Notes: generated from the letters alone by a model not told the origin. 24,890 bases of DNA from Tolypothrix carrinoi HA7290-LM1 (GCA_019358935.1 JAHHIK010000120.1:1-24890), one strand, 5' to 3'. Counted from the first letter of the stretch, positions 7,865 through 17,820 are shown. Translations and numbers: made by a program.

Positions 7865-8434
7865 TCTGACTACTCAGTAGACTATCGCAAGCTGGACTAT
7901 GGCGACAACGACAACCTTGATATGCGAAAGCAAGTCTTGGAGTATCTTCAGCTCATGGGTTTGGAGTATACTTTAATTCTCAATGGGGCTTTTATGGATA
8001 ATGTTGGCACTCCCTACATGCCTCAGTTCGATTTTGATAATAATACGTTTCAATACTGGGGCGATGGTGAAACGCCTTTAGATTTCACCACAACCGACGA
8101 TACGGCTAAATATGTAGCAAAAGCGGTTACTGACCCAGATTTGGCAAATACAGCTTTGGAAGTCGCGGGTGATGTGCTGACGGCAAAACAGCTTAAAGCC
8201 GCTTACGAAGAAGCTACGGGCAACAAACTAAAGGAAAAGCCATTAGGCAGCGTGGCAGAGTTAAAAGCCTGGATTGCAGCCAAAAAACCGTCAGCTAATT
8301 CACCTGTAGATTATGTTCCTCAGCAGTACGAGTATACGATGGTATCTGGTAAAGGCAAACTCGACAACATTCAAAGCGATCGCTATCCCCATATCAAACC
8401 TCTAACAGTGCGGGAGTATCTCCAACAAACGTAG
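7865..8434 (+). pseudogene. NmrA/isoflavone-reductase-like SDR, N-terminally truncated
   Basis: SDYSVDYRKLDYGDNDNLDMRKQV…YTLILNGAFMD…YWGDGETPLDFTTTDDTAKYVA; Rossmann GxxGxxG half is absent; in-frame stop at 7802. Confidence 0.75.
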
Positions 8435-8512
8435 GCAGATAAACAAAGCTGCTGGAGAGTAGCTAAATGTCTTCGTATGCGATCGCCTTTTTAATTCAGG
8501 CATTTATTACAG

Positions 8513-8579
8513 TTCTTGTGGGGTAGGCATCCTGCATGTCCTAATCAGAGGACAAGCTAGAGAGCTTATCCCACAAGAA
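8513..8579. repeat. REP-like palindromic element
   Basis: TTCTTGTGGG…CCCACAAGAA terminal inverted repeat with internal TGTCCT/AGGACA stem. Confidence 0.6.
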
Positions 8580-8719
8580 AAATTTTGTATTGCATTGCCC
8601 AATCGCAATGAAAGCTTCTCACCAAAGATAGTAAGAACGTACAAAAAATCGGACGAATCTACAAGACATAAGTCAGTGCGATCGCCATACTAATAAATAA
8701 AAGTAAATTTTTAACTTTT

Positions 8720-10273
8720 ATGAATGCGATTATCAATTTAAGTGCTACCGAAATCGCTCAAGCGATCGCCAAAAATGAACTCTCCGCAAGCGAGGTTGTT
8801 GAAGCGCACATTCAACGCATCGAAGCGGTAAACCCGCAATTAAATGCTGTAGTCGTCCCTTTATTTGAACAAGCACGCGCTGAGGCTGCTCGTGTAAAGG
8901 CGTTTGATGAAACGTCTCTGCATAAACCCCTGTACGGCGTACCCATCACCATTAAAGAATCTTTTGATGTCGCGGAGACTCCCACCACTGTTGGACTTAC
9001 TGAACTTGCTCACAGCAAAGCTACACATAACGCCGTGATGGTGGAACGCTTGCGACAAGCTGGGGCGATTATTCTCGGTAAAACCAACGTCCCGCATATG
9101 TGTTCGATGAACGAAACCGACAACCCAGTATACGGACGCACCAACAACCCTTGGAACTTAGAACGCGCTCCTGGGGGTAGTAGTGGCGGTGAGGCGGCTA
9201 TCATCGCCGCTGGTGGTTCACCGCTGGGGTTGGGAAGTGACATTGCTGGTAGTGTCCGTTTACCCGCGCAAGCTTGCGGAATTCACGGTTTCAAACCTAC
9301 ATCTAGAAGGCTAACTTTAGTTGGTCATGCGCCATTGTTTGCCGGACAGCAGGCGATAATTGCCCAACCGGGAGTAATGGCGCGTAGCGTTTGTGACCTC
9401 AGCCTAGCCATGAAAATTCTTGCCGCACCCGGTCAAGAAGCTTTTGATACTAATATTCCGCCCGTTCCCTGGTGCGAAGCAGACATACAAATAGAAAAAT
9501 TACGGATTGCTTTTTACACCGACAATGGCATTATTACCCCCTCCCCAGCAATTAGGCGGGTAGTGCGAGAAGCAGCCGAAGCGTTAGAAAAGCGCGGTGC
9601 AATAGTTGAAGAATGGACACCACCAGATTTACTGAAAGCTTCACAATTATACAACCAGTTGCTCACCGCTGATGGCTTTGCCACACTCAAAAGGCAAGTA
9701 GGTAGAAGTAAATGGCATTCGCGAATTAAGCAGTATTATCAACTAGCTGCAACGCCTAAAAAATTACTAAATAGTGTAGCTGCAATTAGTGGATTTTTTG
9801 GGCTGGATGATATGGCAAATAGTCTAGGTGCGGTTGGTGAATTATCTGTGACAGACTACTGGCGAGTAATTCATGAACGCGATCGCTACTGCACTAACTT
9901 TATGAAAGCGATGAATGCCAAGCAATACGACGCCATTATCTGTCCGCCTACAGCTTTACCAGCTTTGACACATAATAGCGGCTTTTTCCTCAGCGATGAT
10001 ACTAATTATACAAATCTCTACAACCTCTTAGGAATGCCTGCCGGTGTAGTTGCGGCTACTCGCGTGCGTAATGGGGAAGAAAGCGACAGAGAACCCCGTA
10101 AAAGCATAATTTCACGTACAGCTTACAAAGTTGAACAGGGGAGTGTCGGTTTACCCGTTGGTGTGCAAATTGCAGCGCGTCACTGGCATGAAGATGTAGT
10201 TTTAGCTGTCATGTCAGCACTAGAAGAACATTTTAAAGCACAACCTGATTATCCTGCTCATCCACCTGTGTGA
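8720..10273 (+). CDS. amidase-signature family enzyme (FAAH/aryl-amidase-like)
   Basis: GVPITIKES, ILGKTN, PGGSSGGEAA, GLGSDIAGSVRLPA (Lys-cisSer-Ser triad), GLPVGVQI. Confidence 0.92.
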   Translation: MNAIINLSATEIAQAIAKNELSASEVVEAHIQRIEAVNPQLNAVVVPLFEQARAEAARVKAFDETSLHKPLYGVPITIKESFDVAETPTTVGLTELAHSKATHNAVMVERLRQAGAIILGKTNVPHMCSMNETDNPVYGRTNNPWNLERAPGGSSGGEAAIIAAGGSPLGLGSDIAGSVRLPAQACGIHGFKPTSRRLTLVGHAPLFAGQQAIIAQPGVMARSVCDLSLAMKILAAPGQEAFDTNIPPVPWCEADIQIEKLRIAFYTDNGIITPSPAIRRVVREAAEALEKRGAIVEEWTPPDLLKASQLYNQLLTADGFATLKRQVGRSKWHSRIKQYYQLAATPKKLLNSVAAISGFFGLDDMANSLGAVGELSVTDYWRVIHERDRYCTNFMKAMNAKQYDAIICPPTALPALTHNSGFFLSDDTNYTNLYNLLGMPAGVVAATRVRNGEESDREPRKSIISRTAYKVEQGSVGLPVGVQIAARHWHEDVVLAVMSALEEHFKAQPDYPAHPPV

Positions 10274-10302
10274 AATCCCAAATCTAAAATCCAAAATCTA
10301 AA

Positions 10303-11247
10303 ATGATATTACCCGGCGCCCCTTGGTTAATTGCTCACAAATCCATGTTGAAAGTAAATAAACCTAAATTATTTACTATTTGTGGTCAAGATTATGTACT
10401 CTGGAAAAACGAAAAAGGTGAAATTTCCGCTTTAGAAAATATCTGCCCTCACATGGGTGCAAAGCTTTCTGATGGTTGGATTTGTTCGGATAATACAATA
10501 GCTTGTCCTTTTCATGCATTAGAATTTGACTCGGAAGGTAAAGCAATTTTACCAAGTGAAAAAACTTCAAAACCTCTCGCCAAACAACTTAAGTTATTTT
10601 TGCAAGGTGATTTTATTTGGACTTACGCGAATCAAGAACCAAAGCTGACCATTCCAGATATTCTGGAAAAGCTATCAACTCAGTTTCGGTTTATCGGTGT
10701 GGCTGGAGATGTAACTATAAAAGCACCTTTTCTTGATGCATTAGAGATTAATCATGATGTAAATCACGCCAAAGGTACTCATAGAGAACTTTTTAGAATC
10801 AAAGAAACAATAGTTAATGACTTTCAAGCTAATAATTATTTTTCTGTCTCTACTATCAAGCACATTAGAGATAAAAATACTCTGAATGAGTACTTACAGA
10901 ATATAGCTTTACTATTTACTCCTAATCCGGTGGAAATAGTTCTAGAAAATTACTTTCCATCTTTTGTGGTTGTTTATAGTGATTCACCGTTGGGGAAACT
11001 TGTGCAAGTGTTCACCATATATCCACAAAACAAAAACACAACGCGCATATTTATCCCACTATTTACTGAAAAATCCTTTGGTATTTTTAACTCAATTCTT
11101 GAACCACCAACTATTAAAGCTATGGAAGAAGTAATTCGGCAAGATGTGACGATGCTGGAAAATCTTTATCCAAGATTTGAACCGAAAATTAGGCTTTCTC
11201 ATGAAGAACCTTTACATTGGGTTCGTCAGCTTTATCACAATTGGTAA
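10303..11247 (+). CDS. Rieske non-heme iron oxygenase alpha subunit
   Basis: CPH…CPFH Rieske ligands; NHDVNHAKGTH mononuclear Fe motif; C-terminal QD acid. Confidence 0.9.
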   Translation: MILPGAPWLIAHKSMLKVNKPKLFTICGQDYVLWKNEKGEISALENICPHMGAKLSDGWICSDNTIACPFHALEFDSEGKAILPSEKTSKPLAKQLKLFLQGDFIWTYANQEPKLTIPDILEKLSTQFRFIGVAGDVTIKAPFLDALEINHDVNHAKGTHRELFRIKETIVNDFQANNYFSVSTIKHIRDKNTLNEYLQNIALLFTPNPVEIVLENYFPSFVVVYSDSPLGKLVQVFTIYPQNKNTTRIFIPLFTEKSFGIFNSILEPPTIKAMEEVIRQDVTMLENLYPRFEPKIRLSHEEPLHWVRQLYHNW

Positions 11248-11283
11248 GCTTTAAGCGCTTAAGCGCTTACTACGAATTTTTAT

Positions 11284-12555
11284 ATGACTCATTTTGGTAT
11301 TGTTTGTCCGAGTGTTCCAGGACATCTTAATCCGATGATGGCGTTGGGTCAAGAACTTCAACAACGGGGACATCGGGTGACTTCGATAAACTTTTTGGAT
11401 GCAGAAGCAGCAGCACAAGCAGCAAAAATTGAATTTCAAGCGTTCGCTCAAAATGAATATCCTCTCGGAAGAACCGCAGAGTTACAAAAAATTGATGGCG
11501 AATTAAGCGGTTTGGATGCTCTCAAATTCACGTTTAAAATATTCAAAGAATTAGGACTTTTAAGGCTGCAATATATTCCTACAGTGATTCAATCAGCTGG
11601 TATCGACGCATTGTTAGTCGATCAAACTTGTTTTGAAGGCGGGGCGATCGCAGACCATCTAAAAATTCCTTTTATCACTATCTGCAATGCTTTAATGGCT
11701 AATGCAGAACCTAATATACCACCTTTGGTAACAAGTTGGCGTTATCAACCTGTTTGGTGGGCAAGATGGCGAAATCAAATCGGTCATAAATTATTTAACT
11801 TGTTTATCTCACCCAGTTTCCAAACAATCCAAACTTATCGCAAACAGTGGAATTTGCCACTCTATTCTCAAATTAGCGATATGTGGTCAACTTTAGCACA
11901 AATTAGTCAACAACCGGATGTATTTGACTTTCCGCGTCAGCAACTTCCCGAATGTTTTCACTATACAGCACCTTTTGTTAACCCAAATGCCCGTAAACCT
12001 GTAAACTTTCCTTGGGAGAAGTTAGACGATCGCCCTTTAATTTACGCTTCAATGGGAACGTTGAAAAATCAGCTTGTGGAAGTTTTTGGTGCGATCGCTT
12101 TTGCTTGTGCAGATTTAGATGCTCAATTGGTGATATCTTTAGGCGGTACTTTAACTGCGGATGCGTTGGGAGAATTACCCGGTTCACCGTTGGTAGTTAG
12201 TTTTGCACCGCAATTAGAGTTACTGCAAAAAGCAAGTCTTTGTATCACCCACGCAGGCTTAAACACTGTGTTGGAATCACTGAATGCAGGTGTGCCAATG
12301 GTTGCTATCCCTATCGGTGACGACCAACCGGGGATTGCTGCCAGATTAAAGTATGTTGGTGCAGGTGAGTTTATTGAGTTGGATAATTTAAATCCCAATC
12401 AGTTAAAAAGCTTGGTGCTTCATGTGTTGACGAATGATTTATATCGCCAAAATGCACGTAGATTGAAAGAAGCGATCGCGCTTGTTAATGGTGTCAAACT
12501 TGCTGCTGATATTATCTCAGAAGCGATCGCCTTCTCTACTCCACAGCTTTTATAA
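11284..12555 (+). CDS. GT1 UDP-glycosyltransferase (MGT/CrtX-like)
   Basis: GHLNPM, YASMGT, APQLELL…ITHAGLNTVLESLNAGVPMVAIPIGDDQ (PSPG-like box). Confidence 0.92.
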   Translation: MTHFGIVCPSVPGHLNPMMALGQELQQRGHRVTSINFLDAEAAAQAAKIEFQAFAQNEYPLGRTAELQKIDGELSGLDALKFTFKIFKELGLLRLQYIPTVIQSAGIDALLVDQTCFEGGAIADHLKIPFITICNALMANAEPNIPPLVTSWRYQPVWWARWRNQIGHKLFNLFISPSFQTIQTYRKQWNLPLYSQISDMWSTLAQISQQPDVFDFPRQQLPECFHYTAPFVNPNARKPVNFPWEKLDDRPLIYASMGTLKNQLVEVFGAIAFACADLDAQLVISLGGTLTADALGELPGSPLVVSFAPQLELLQKASLCITHAGLNTVLESLNAGVPMVAIPIGDDQPGIAARLKYVGAGEFIELDNLNPNQLKSLVLHVLTNDLYRQNARRLKEAIALVNGVKLAADIISEAIAFSTPQLL

Positions 12556-12598
12556 TAAAAAACAATGCCAAATGCCTGTCGGATGGTGCTATTTGTTT

Positions 12599-13366
12599 AT
12601 GATGTCATCCAACCTACGACAAGATTTACCTAGCAGCGAAGAACTTCCCTGTTCCGACGATACACCTGTGGATAACGAAGACCAAAATTTTATCCCCAAC
12701 TTTCTGCTGTTTTTACTAGAAGCGATTTGGAAAACTCAAAAAGATTGGTTTTTCGCTGTCGATATGGGAGTCTACCACACCACCGGAGTGAATCCCAGAG
12801 TCCCGATTGTCCCCGATGGTTTTTTGAGTTTGGGTGTGGAAAGACGCAAACAAGGAAAATCTCGCAGAAGCTATGTTGTGTGGGAAGAAAATGACATACC
12901 ACCGACGCTTGTTTTAGAGGTGGTTTCCTGGACACCAGGAGAGGAGTACGACACCAAAGCCGCCATTTATGCGAATTTGGGAGTATTATACTACGTCATT
13001 TATAATCCTGAATATTGGCAACGCGATCGCCATCAACCATTTGAAGTTTATAAGCTGATTGATGGTTCTTACGAATTGCAAAAAAGAGAACCATTTTGGA
13101 TGCCAGAGATAAATTTAGGTATTGGGCGATCGCCTGACCCTTCTGGAATCATCCAACGCGAAGTTTTATCTTGGTATGATGAGCAAGGAAATCGCTACCC
13201 AACGCCAGAAGAACAAGCTCAACAGGCTCAACAACAAGCTCAACAGGCTCAACAAGCTAGACTTGATGCGATTCCTCGTTTACTGCAAATGGGGTTAGGT
13301 ATTGAGCAGGTAGCGGAGGTGTTGGGACTGTCAATCGATATCGTCCGTGCAGAAGTTCATAAATGA
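12599..13366 (+). CDS. Uma2 (DUF820) PD-(D/E)XK family endonuclease
   Basis: LPCSDDTPVDNEDQN, VPDGFLSLGV, LVLEVVS, YDTKAAIYANLGVLYYVIYNP; likely start ATG 12599/12602 rather than 12482. Confidence 0.88.
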   Translation: MMSSNLRQDLPSSEELPCSDDTPVDNEDQNFIPNFLLFLLEAIWKTQKDWFFAVDMGVYHTTGVNPRVPIVPDGFLSLGVERRKQGKSRRSYVVWEENDIPPTLVLEVVSWTPGEEYDTKAAIYANLGVLYYVIYNPEYWQRDRHQPFEVYKLIDGSYELQKREPFWMPEINLGIGRSPDPSGIIQREVLSWYDEQGNRYPTPEEQAQQAQQQAQQAQQARLDAIPRLLQMGLGIEQVAEVLGLSIDIVRAEVHK

Positions 13367-13503
13367 GGATAGGATTTTCGAGTGTAAAAGCCTCAAATCG
13401 TGAATTTGCGTTTTTTATGACGAATGTTTCTATATTGTTCCAGTCTGTGAAAGCGATCGCTATTTTAATGCAGCTTCTGGTCTAAACTAGCAAAGAAGCT
13501 AAG

Positions 13504-13620
13504 TACTGCTTTGCGTAAAAACGAGCGCGTTTTTAAACGCACCAGGTAGCTAAGGTTAGCGCAGAGTCGTGCAGAGTCTTTCCTTTATTTAATTCGCGCT
13601 CGTATTTGAGAAATCCTGTA
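13504..13620 (+). mobile_element. MITE, 117 bp, CTAAG target duplication
   Basis: CTAAG at 13499-13503 and 13621-13625; ~26-bp imperfect TIR (TACTG…ACGAGCGCG / CGCGCTCGT…CTGTA). Confidence 0.8.
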
Positions 13621-13636
13621 CTAAGTAATGCCCACT

Positions 13637-14083
13637 TTACGGCATCCAGTTGTATTCAACATTGGGTTGCCCGTTAATTTTGTTTGTTGACAGCTTACCA
13701 GCTTTGAAGCCATGCTTCTCGTAAAATACGCAAGCTTTTGTATTTTGTTGCAATGTCTGAAGCGTTAATCCTTGTGGACAAATCTCTTTAGCTTTTTTAA
13801 GTAAGACTGAACCAACACCCCGATTTTGATACATCGAGTCAACAAAAAGCTGGTGTAAGCATTGTTCGTCTTTTATCACCACGACAAAGCCCACAATACT
13901 ATTTTCAACTTCAGCAACCCAAACGTTCCCTCGGACAGCCAAGTCATCACAAAAGCGAGTTTTCCATGCGGGATATGGCTGCGGGTGTTGAATTTCAGGA
14001 AATGTCTGATGCCAAGTTCGATACCAAAGTTGAACAGTGTCTTCTAAATCGTTTAGTTCATAGGGTCGAATTTTCGCCACCAT
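13637..14083 (-). CDS. GNAT family N-acetyltransferase
   Basis: LFVDSMYQNRGVGSVLL acetyl-CoA motif A; NTKACVFYEKHGF. Confidence 0.9.
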   Translation of the reverse strand: MVAKIRPYELNDLEDTVQLWYRTWHQTFPEIQHPQPYPAWKTRFCDDLAVRGNVWVAEVENSIVGFVVVIKDEQCLHQLFVDSMYQNRGVGSVLLKKAKEICPQGLTLQTLQQNTKACVFYEKHGFKAGKLSTNKINGQPNVEYNWMP

Positions 14084-14151
14084 AAGGCACTCGCTTCTAG
14101 TCTAAAGTCCGGTTGTGAGGAAATAATGTTTAAACTCTTAGAGCTTTACTA

Positions 14152-14694
14152 ATGGACTTGATTGCACCTGAAACAACTCTTGAGACTTCACGACTGTTGC
14201 TTGAGCCACTACTCGCATCTCATGCAGCAAATATCTACGAGCAATTGCTCGATGAAAGGCTTTATCAGTTTATCCCACAGGAGCCTCCTACATCTTTGCA
14301 GGTTGTAGAGACTCGATACCGTGCTTTATCTTCAAGGCTTTCGCCAGACGGGAAAGAGGCATGGCTGAACTGGGTGGTGCGTCTTCGCACACAGAACACC
14401 TACGTTGGAACATTGGAAGCAACAGTACATACCAACCGAACCGCGACGATAGCGTACATGATTTTCCCGCCGTTCTGGCGACAGGGTTATGCAAAGGAAG
14501 GATGTGAACGCATACTCAATCACCTTTTTAAGTATTATGGAGTCAGCGTTGTGGCAGCAGAAATAGACACACGTAACATCGCATCTATTGGATTGATTGA
14601 ATCACTCGGATTTCAGCGTGTGTCAGTACAGTCCAACGCGGACTTTTTCAAGGGAGCCGTCAGCGACGAGTATCGATACGAATGTGTGGCGTAA
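14152..14694 (+). CDS. GNAT family acetyltransferase, RimJ/RimL type
   Basis: LETSRLLLEPL, FWRQGYAKE, IDTRNIASIGLIESLGF. Confidence 0.9.
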   Translation: MDLIAPETTLETSRLLLEPLLASHAANIYEQLLDERLYQFIPQEPPTSLQVVETRYRALSSRLSPDGKEAWLNWVVRLRTQNTYVGTLEATVHTNRTATIAYMIFPPFWRQGYAKEGCERILNHLFKYYGVSVVAAEIDTRNIASIGLIESLGFQRVSVQSNADFFKGAVSDEYRYECVA

Positions 14695-14779
14695 TTCCAC
14701 TTACTTAATGGCGCACAGTAACGCTACGAGTTTGGCGAGACTCGCACACAACAGCGCCGCTGTAGTTTCCCTGGCTTAG

Positions 14780-14875
14780 TACCCGATTCCATAAGTCCCT
14801 ACCTCTGCGCGACTCTGCGCTAACCTTAGCTACCTGGTGCGTTTAAAAACGCGCTCGTTTCAATGCAAAGCTGTA
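14780..14875 (-). mobile_element. second copy of the MITE, inverted, CTTAG target duplication
   Basis: CTTAG at 14775-14779 and 14876-14880; 14803-14883 is a near-identical reverse complement of 13496-13576. Confidence 0.75.
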
Positions 14876-14926
14876 CTTAGCTTAGTAACGAGATGCCCCC
14901 TCCTCGTCCACGGGGAGGGGGTTGGG

Positions 14927-15171
14927 GAGCCACTGCGTTGGGGAGGCAGTGCGGTGAGACCAGCCCCCGACGGGCGCGGTCTCCCTGATCGATGGGGGAC
15001 TGGCGAACCCGTTGGGTCTTGGGGTTTCACGCCACTTGCGCGTCTGCCGGGAAACCCGCATATAGCGCAGTGGCTCCCCAAGTGGAGCATCTGCCGTCGG
15101 GTTCCCAAGCCAGCCGCGTGCGGAGGTTCCCTCCGTTGAGCGGACTGGCGTCGCGTTGTAGCAAGTGGCGT
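14927..15171. repeat. five nested ~45-60 nt structured dispersed repeats
   Basis: Removing inner copies reconstitutes outer copies matching those at 3198, 19803 and 20569. Confidence 0.8.
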
Positions 15172-15178
15172 GGTGGGG

Positions 15179-16990
15179 TTACTGCGGATCTAAGCGCAGC
15201 ACAGCCATAAAAGCTTCCTGCGGTACATCCACCGTACCCAAAGACTTCATCCGCTTTTTACCCTTTGCTTGCTTCTGCAAAAGTTTCTTCTTTCGGCTGA
15301 TGTCACCACCGTAACATTTTGCTAACACATCTTTCCGCAAAGCGGGAATATGTTCGCTAGCGATAACCTTACTACCGATACTCGCTTGAATTGGCACTTT
15401 AAATTGGTGTCGCGGAATCAATTCTTTAAGTTTCTCAGCCATCGATCGCCCAACACCGTAAGCTTTATCACGATGGACAATCATCGCCAAAGAATCCACC
15501 GGATCGCCGTTAATCATAATATCCAGCTTCACCAAGGGATTTTCGCGATAACCGATGATGTGATATTCCATACTTGCGTAACCACGCGATCGCGATTTCA
15601 TTTGGTCAAAGAAGTCGGTGACAACTTCCGCCAAAGGTATCTCGTAAGTCAGTGTGGTGCGCCCTTTGGTAAGATACTTCATATCTTTGAAGACACCCCG
15701 CCGATTTTGCGACAACTCCATCAAAGTACCTACATACGTTTCCGGCGTAATCATTTCTACCTGAACGTAAGGTTCTTCAATCATTTCCCGGTCATTGGGC
15801 GCAGGTAAACGGCTGGGGTTATCGATGTACAGCACTTCACCCTTATTTGTCGTCACTCGGTAAACTACTGAGGGCGCTGTAATAATTAAATCTAAATTAT
15901 ACTCGCGTTCCAAGCGTTCCTGGACAATTTCCATGTGCAGCAACCCCAAGAACCCGCAACGGAAACCAAATCCCATTGCGCTAGAGGTTTCTGGTTCGTA
16001 GTGTAGCGCGGCATCGTTGAGTCGCAGCTTTTCTAAAGCTTCTCGCAAGTCTTCAAATTGGTCAGCATCGATGGGGAACATCCCACAAAAGACCATCGGT
16101 TTCGCTTCGGTGTAACCAGGCAAAGGTTCCGGAGCTTTTTTCGCACTGAGGGTAATTGTATCACCAACCCGTGCATCAGCTACAGCTCTAATCGATGCGG
16201 CTAAATAACCAACTTCCCCAGCGTGGAGTTCATCAACTTGCTTTTGAGTGGGAGAAAGTACACCTAACTCATCAATGTCGTATTCTTTACCCGACACCAT
16301 CAAATAAATGCGATCGCCTTTTTTCAGAGTGCCATCCATCACCCGAAAATAAACAATCACTCCCCGGTAGCTATCGTAGTAGCTATCGAAAATCAACGCC
16401 CTTAAAGGTTGATCTATCGTATTCTGTGGCGGTGGTACACGCTCCACAATTGACTCTAAAATTTCATCAATGCCAATTCCCTCTTTAGCAGAAGCCTGAA
16501 TCGCATTACTGCAATCTAGCCCGATAATTTCCTCAATTTCGCTAATTACCCTGTCTGGTTCTGCCCCAGGCAAGTCTATTTTATTCAAAACTGGGATAAT
16601 TTCTAGATTATGCTCTAGTGCTAAATATACATTCGCCAAAGTTTGCGCCTCTACACCTTGGGAAGCGTCAACTACCAAAAGTGCGCCTTCACAAGCCACC
16701 AAACTGCGCGATACTTCATACGAAAAATCCACATGCCCAGGAGTATCAATCAAATTCAGTATATACTCTTGACCATCTTTTGCCTTATAATTCATCCGGG
16801 CAGCTTGCAGCTTAATTGTAATGCCGCGCTCCCGTTCTAAATCCATGTTGTCGAGAAACTGTTCCTTCATCTGCCGCTGTTCCACCGTACCAGTGGTTTG
16901 CAGTAAGCGGTCAGCGAGGGTAGATTTCCCGTGGTCGATATGAGCAATAATACAAAAATTGCGAATGCGAGCTGCGGGAACGTCAGTCAT
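15179..16990 (-). CDS. lepA: elongation factor 4 (LepA)
   Basis: [55 protein letters not shown]. Confidence 0.99.
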   Translation of the reverse strand: MTDVPAARIRNFCIIAHIDHGKSTLADRLLQTTGTVEQRQMKEQFLDNMDLERERGITIKLQAARMNYKAKDGQEYILNLIDTPGHVDFSYEVSRSLVACEGALLVVDASQGVEAQTLANVYLALEHNLEIIPVLNKIDLPGAEPDRVISEIEEIIGLDCSNAIQASAKEGIGIDEILESIVERVPPPQNTIDQPLRALIFDSYYDSYRGVIVYFRVMDGTLKKGDRIYLMVSGKEYDIDELGVLSPTQKQVDELHAGEVGYLAASIRAVADARVGDTITLSAKKAPEPLPGYTEAKPMVFCGMFPIDADQFEDLREALEKLRLNDAALHYEPETSSAMGFGFRCGFLGLLHMEIVQERLEREYNLDLIITAPSVVYRVTTNKGEVLYIDNPSRLPAPNDREMIEEPYVQVEMITPETYVGTLMELSQNRRGVFKDMKYLTKGRTTLTYEIPLAEVVTDFFDQMKSRSRGYASMEYHIIGYRENPLVKLDIMINGDPVDSLAMIVHRDKAYGVGRSMAEKLKELIPRHQFKVPIQASIGSKVIASEHIPALRKDVLAKCYGGDISRKKKLLQKQAKGKKRMKSLGTVDVPQEAFMAVLRLDPQ

Positions 16991-17061
16991 ATACTTCTTT
17001 AATTAAGCGGCAACCGAGTAAGATGAGCCATTTACTTCATGTATTGTAATGCTTTCTGAAC

Positions 17062-17250
17062 GGGGAATGGGGAATCGGGAATCGGTAATGGGTAATGGGT
17101 AATGGGTAATCGGGAATGGGTAATAATTCTTTTTCCAGTCCAAGCGTCCAAGCGTCCAAGCGTCCAAGCGTCCAAGCATCCCATGCCCCATTCCCAATTC
17201 CCGATTACCCATTACCCATTACCTATTACCCATTACCCATTACCCATTCC
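17062..17250. repeat. STRR cluster: GGGAATC/GGGTAAT array, (GTCCAAGC)x5 at 17138-17177, then inverted ATTACCC array
   Basis: Direct reading. Confidence 0.9.
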
Positions 17251-17583
17251 TGTGAAATATGAAGGTCTATATCTATAGAATCTGGTATTGAACAACCATC
17301 GGCGTACAATAAACATGAAGAAGTGCAAAAAGTACACACTTGATCGGGGCGATCGCACGAGCGTGCGATCGCCCGGAAATTGCTGATTGACTGAGAAAAT
17401 TTCTAGAGCTATTGTTTTGTCAGGATTCTCTGAAAATTGTGAGTTCATTCGACTAAACTGCTACTTTGGCAGTATGGGTCGAAAATCGAACTCCAAGAAA
17501 CGAAGACTTGTCAAATCAACTACTTGTGTGTCAGCCTTCTTCACAAAGCCTTTGACAAGATGAATTTCTCCTTATACAAAGCT

Positions 17584-17820
17584 ATGAATATCAAACAAAA
17601 AGCTACCGATGCGGATAATAGACAAGCCGATAAGGTAGAAATCGCTATCCACCTTGATTCTGAGTTAGTAGAGCAAATTCAGCATTTGACCAACGATCCC
17701 AGTAAAGTGATTGAGGTGGCAATTCGTCAGTGGTTGCGCGGTGAAGTTCCCAGAGATGATGAACTGACGCGTACTCCTTACCGTACACCTGTTCCACCAC
17801 GCGGGGAATGGAATGATTGA
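17584..17820 (+). CDS. small ribbon-helix-helix (CopG/CcdA-like) protein
   Basis: KVEIAIHLDSELVEQIQHL…SKVIEVAIRQWL beta-alpha-alpha pattern; start codon choice uncertain. Confidence 0.7.
   Translation: MNIKQKATDADNRQADKVEIAIHLDSELVEQIQHLTNDPSKVIEVAIRQWLRGEVPRDDELTRTPYRTPVPPRGEWND

Noticed and set aside
14694..14775. Possible integron attC site after the RimJ-type GNAT
   Set aside because: Only a CACAAC-like box; no matching GTTRRRY end or attC hairpin; the GNATs are divergent rather than arrayed
14837..15210. ORFs 14837..15139, 14860..15108 and 14992..15210
   Set aside because: They run through GC-rich nested repeats and a MITE, so they are open by composition
15350..16840. Plus-strand ORFs opposite lepA and other short antisense ORFs within long genes
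   Set aside because: Shadow frames of well-supported genes with no motifs
17062..17250. Tandem repeats as a possible CRISPR array (also 445-486, 20061-20262, 22957-23133)
   Set aside because: Units are 7-8 bp and contiguous with no unique spacers; no cas genes; typical STRR
17584..17820. Toxin-antitoxin module
   Set aside because: The RHH protein has no adjacent toxin gene
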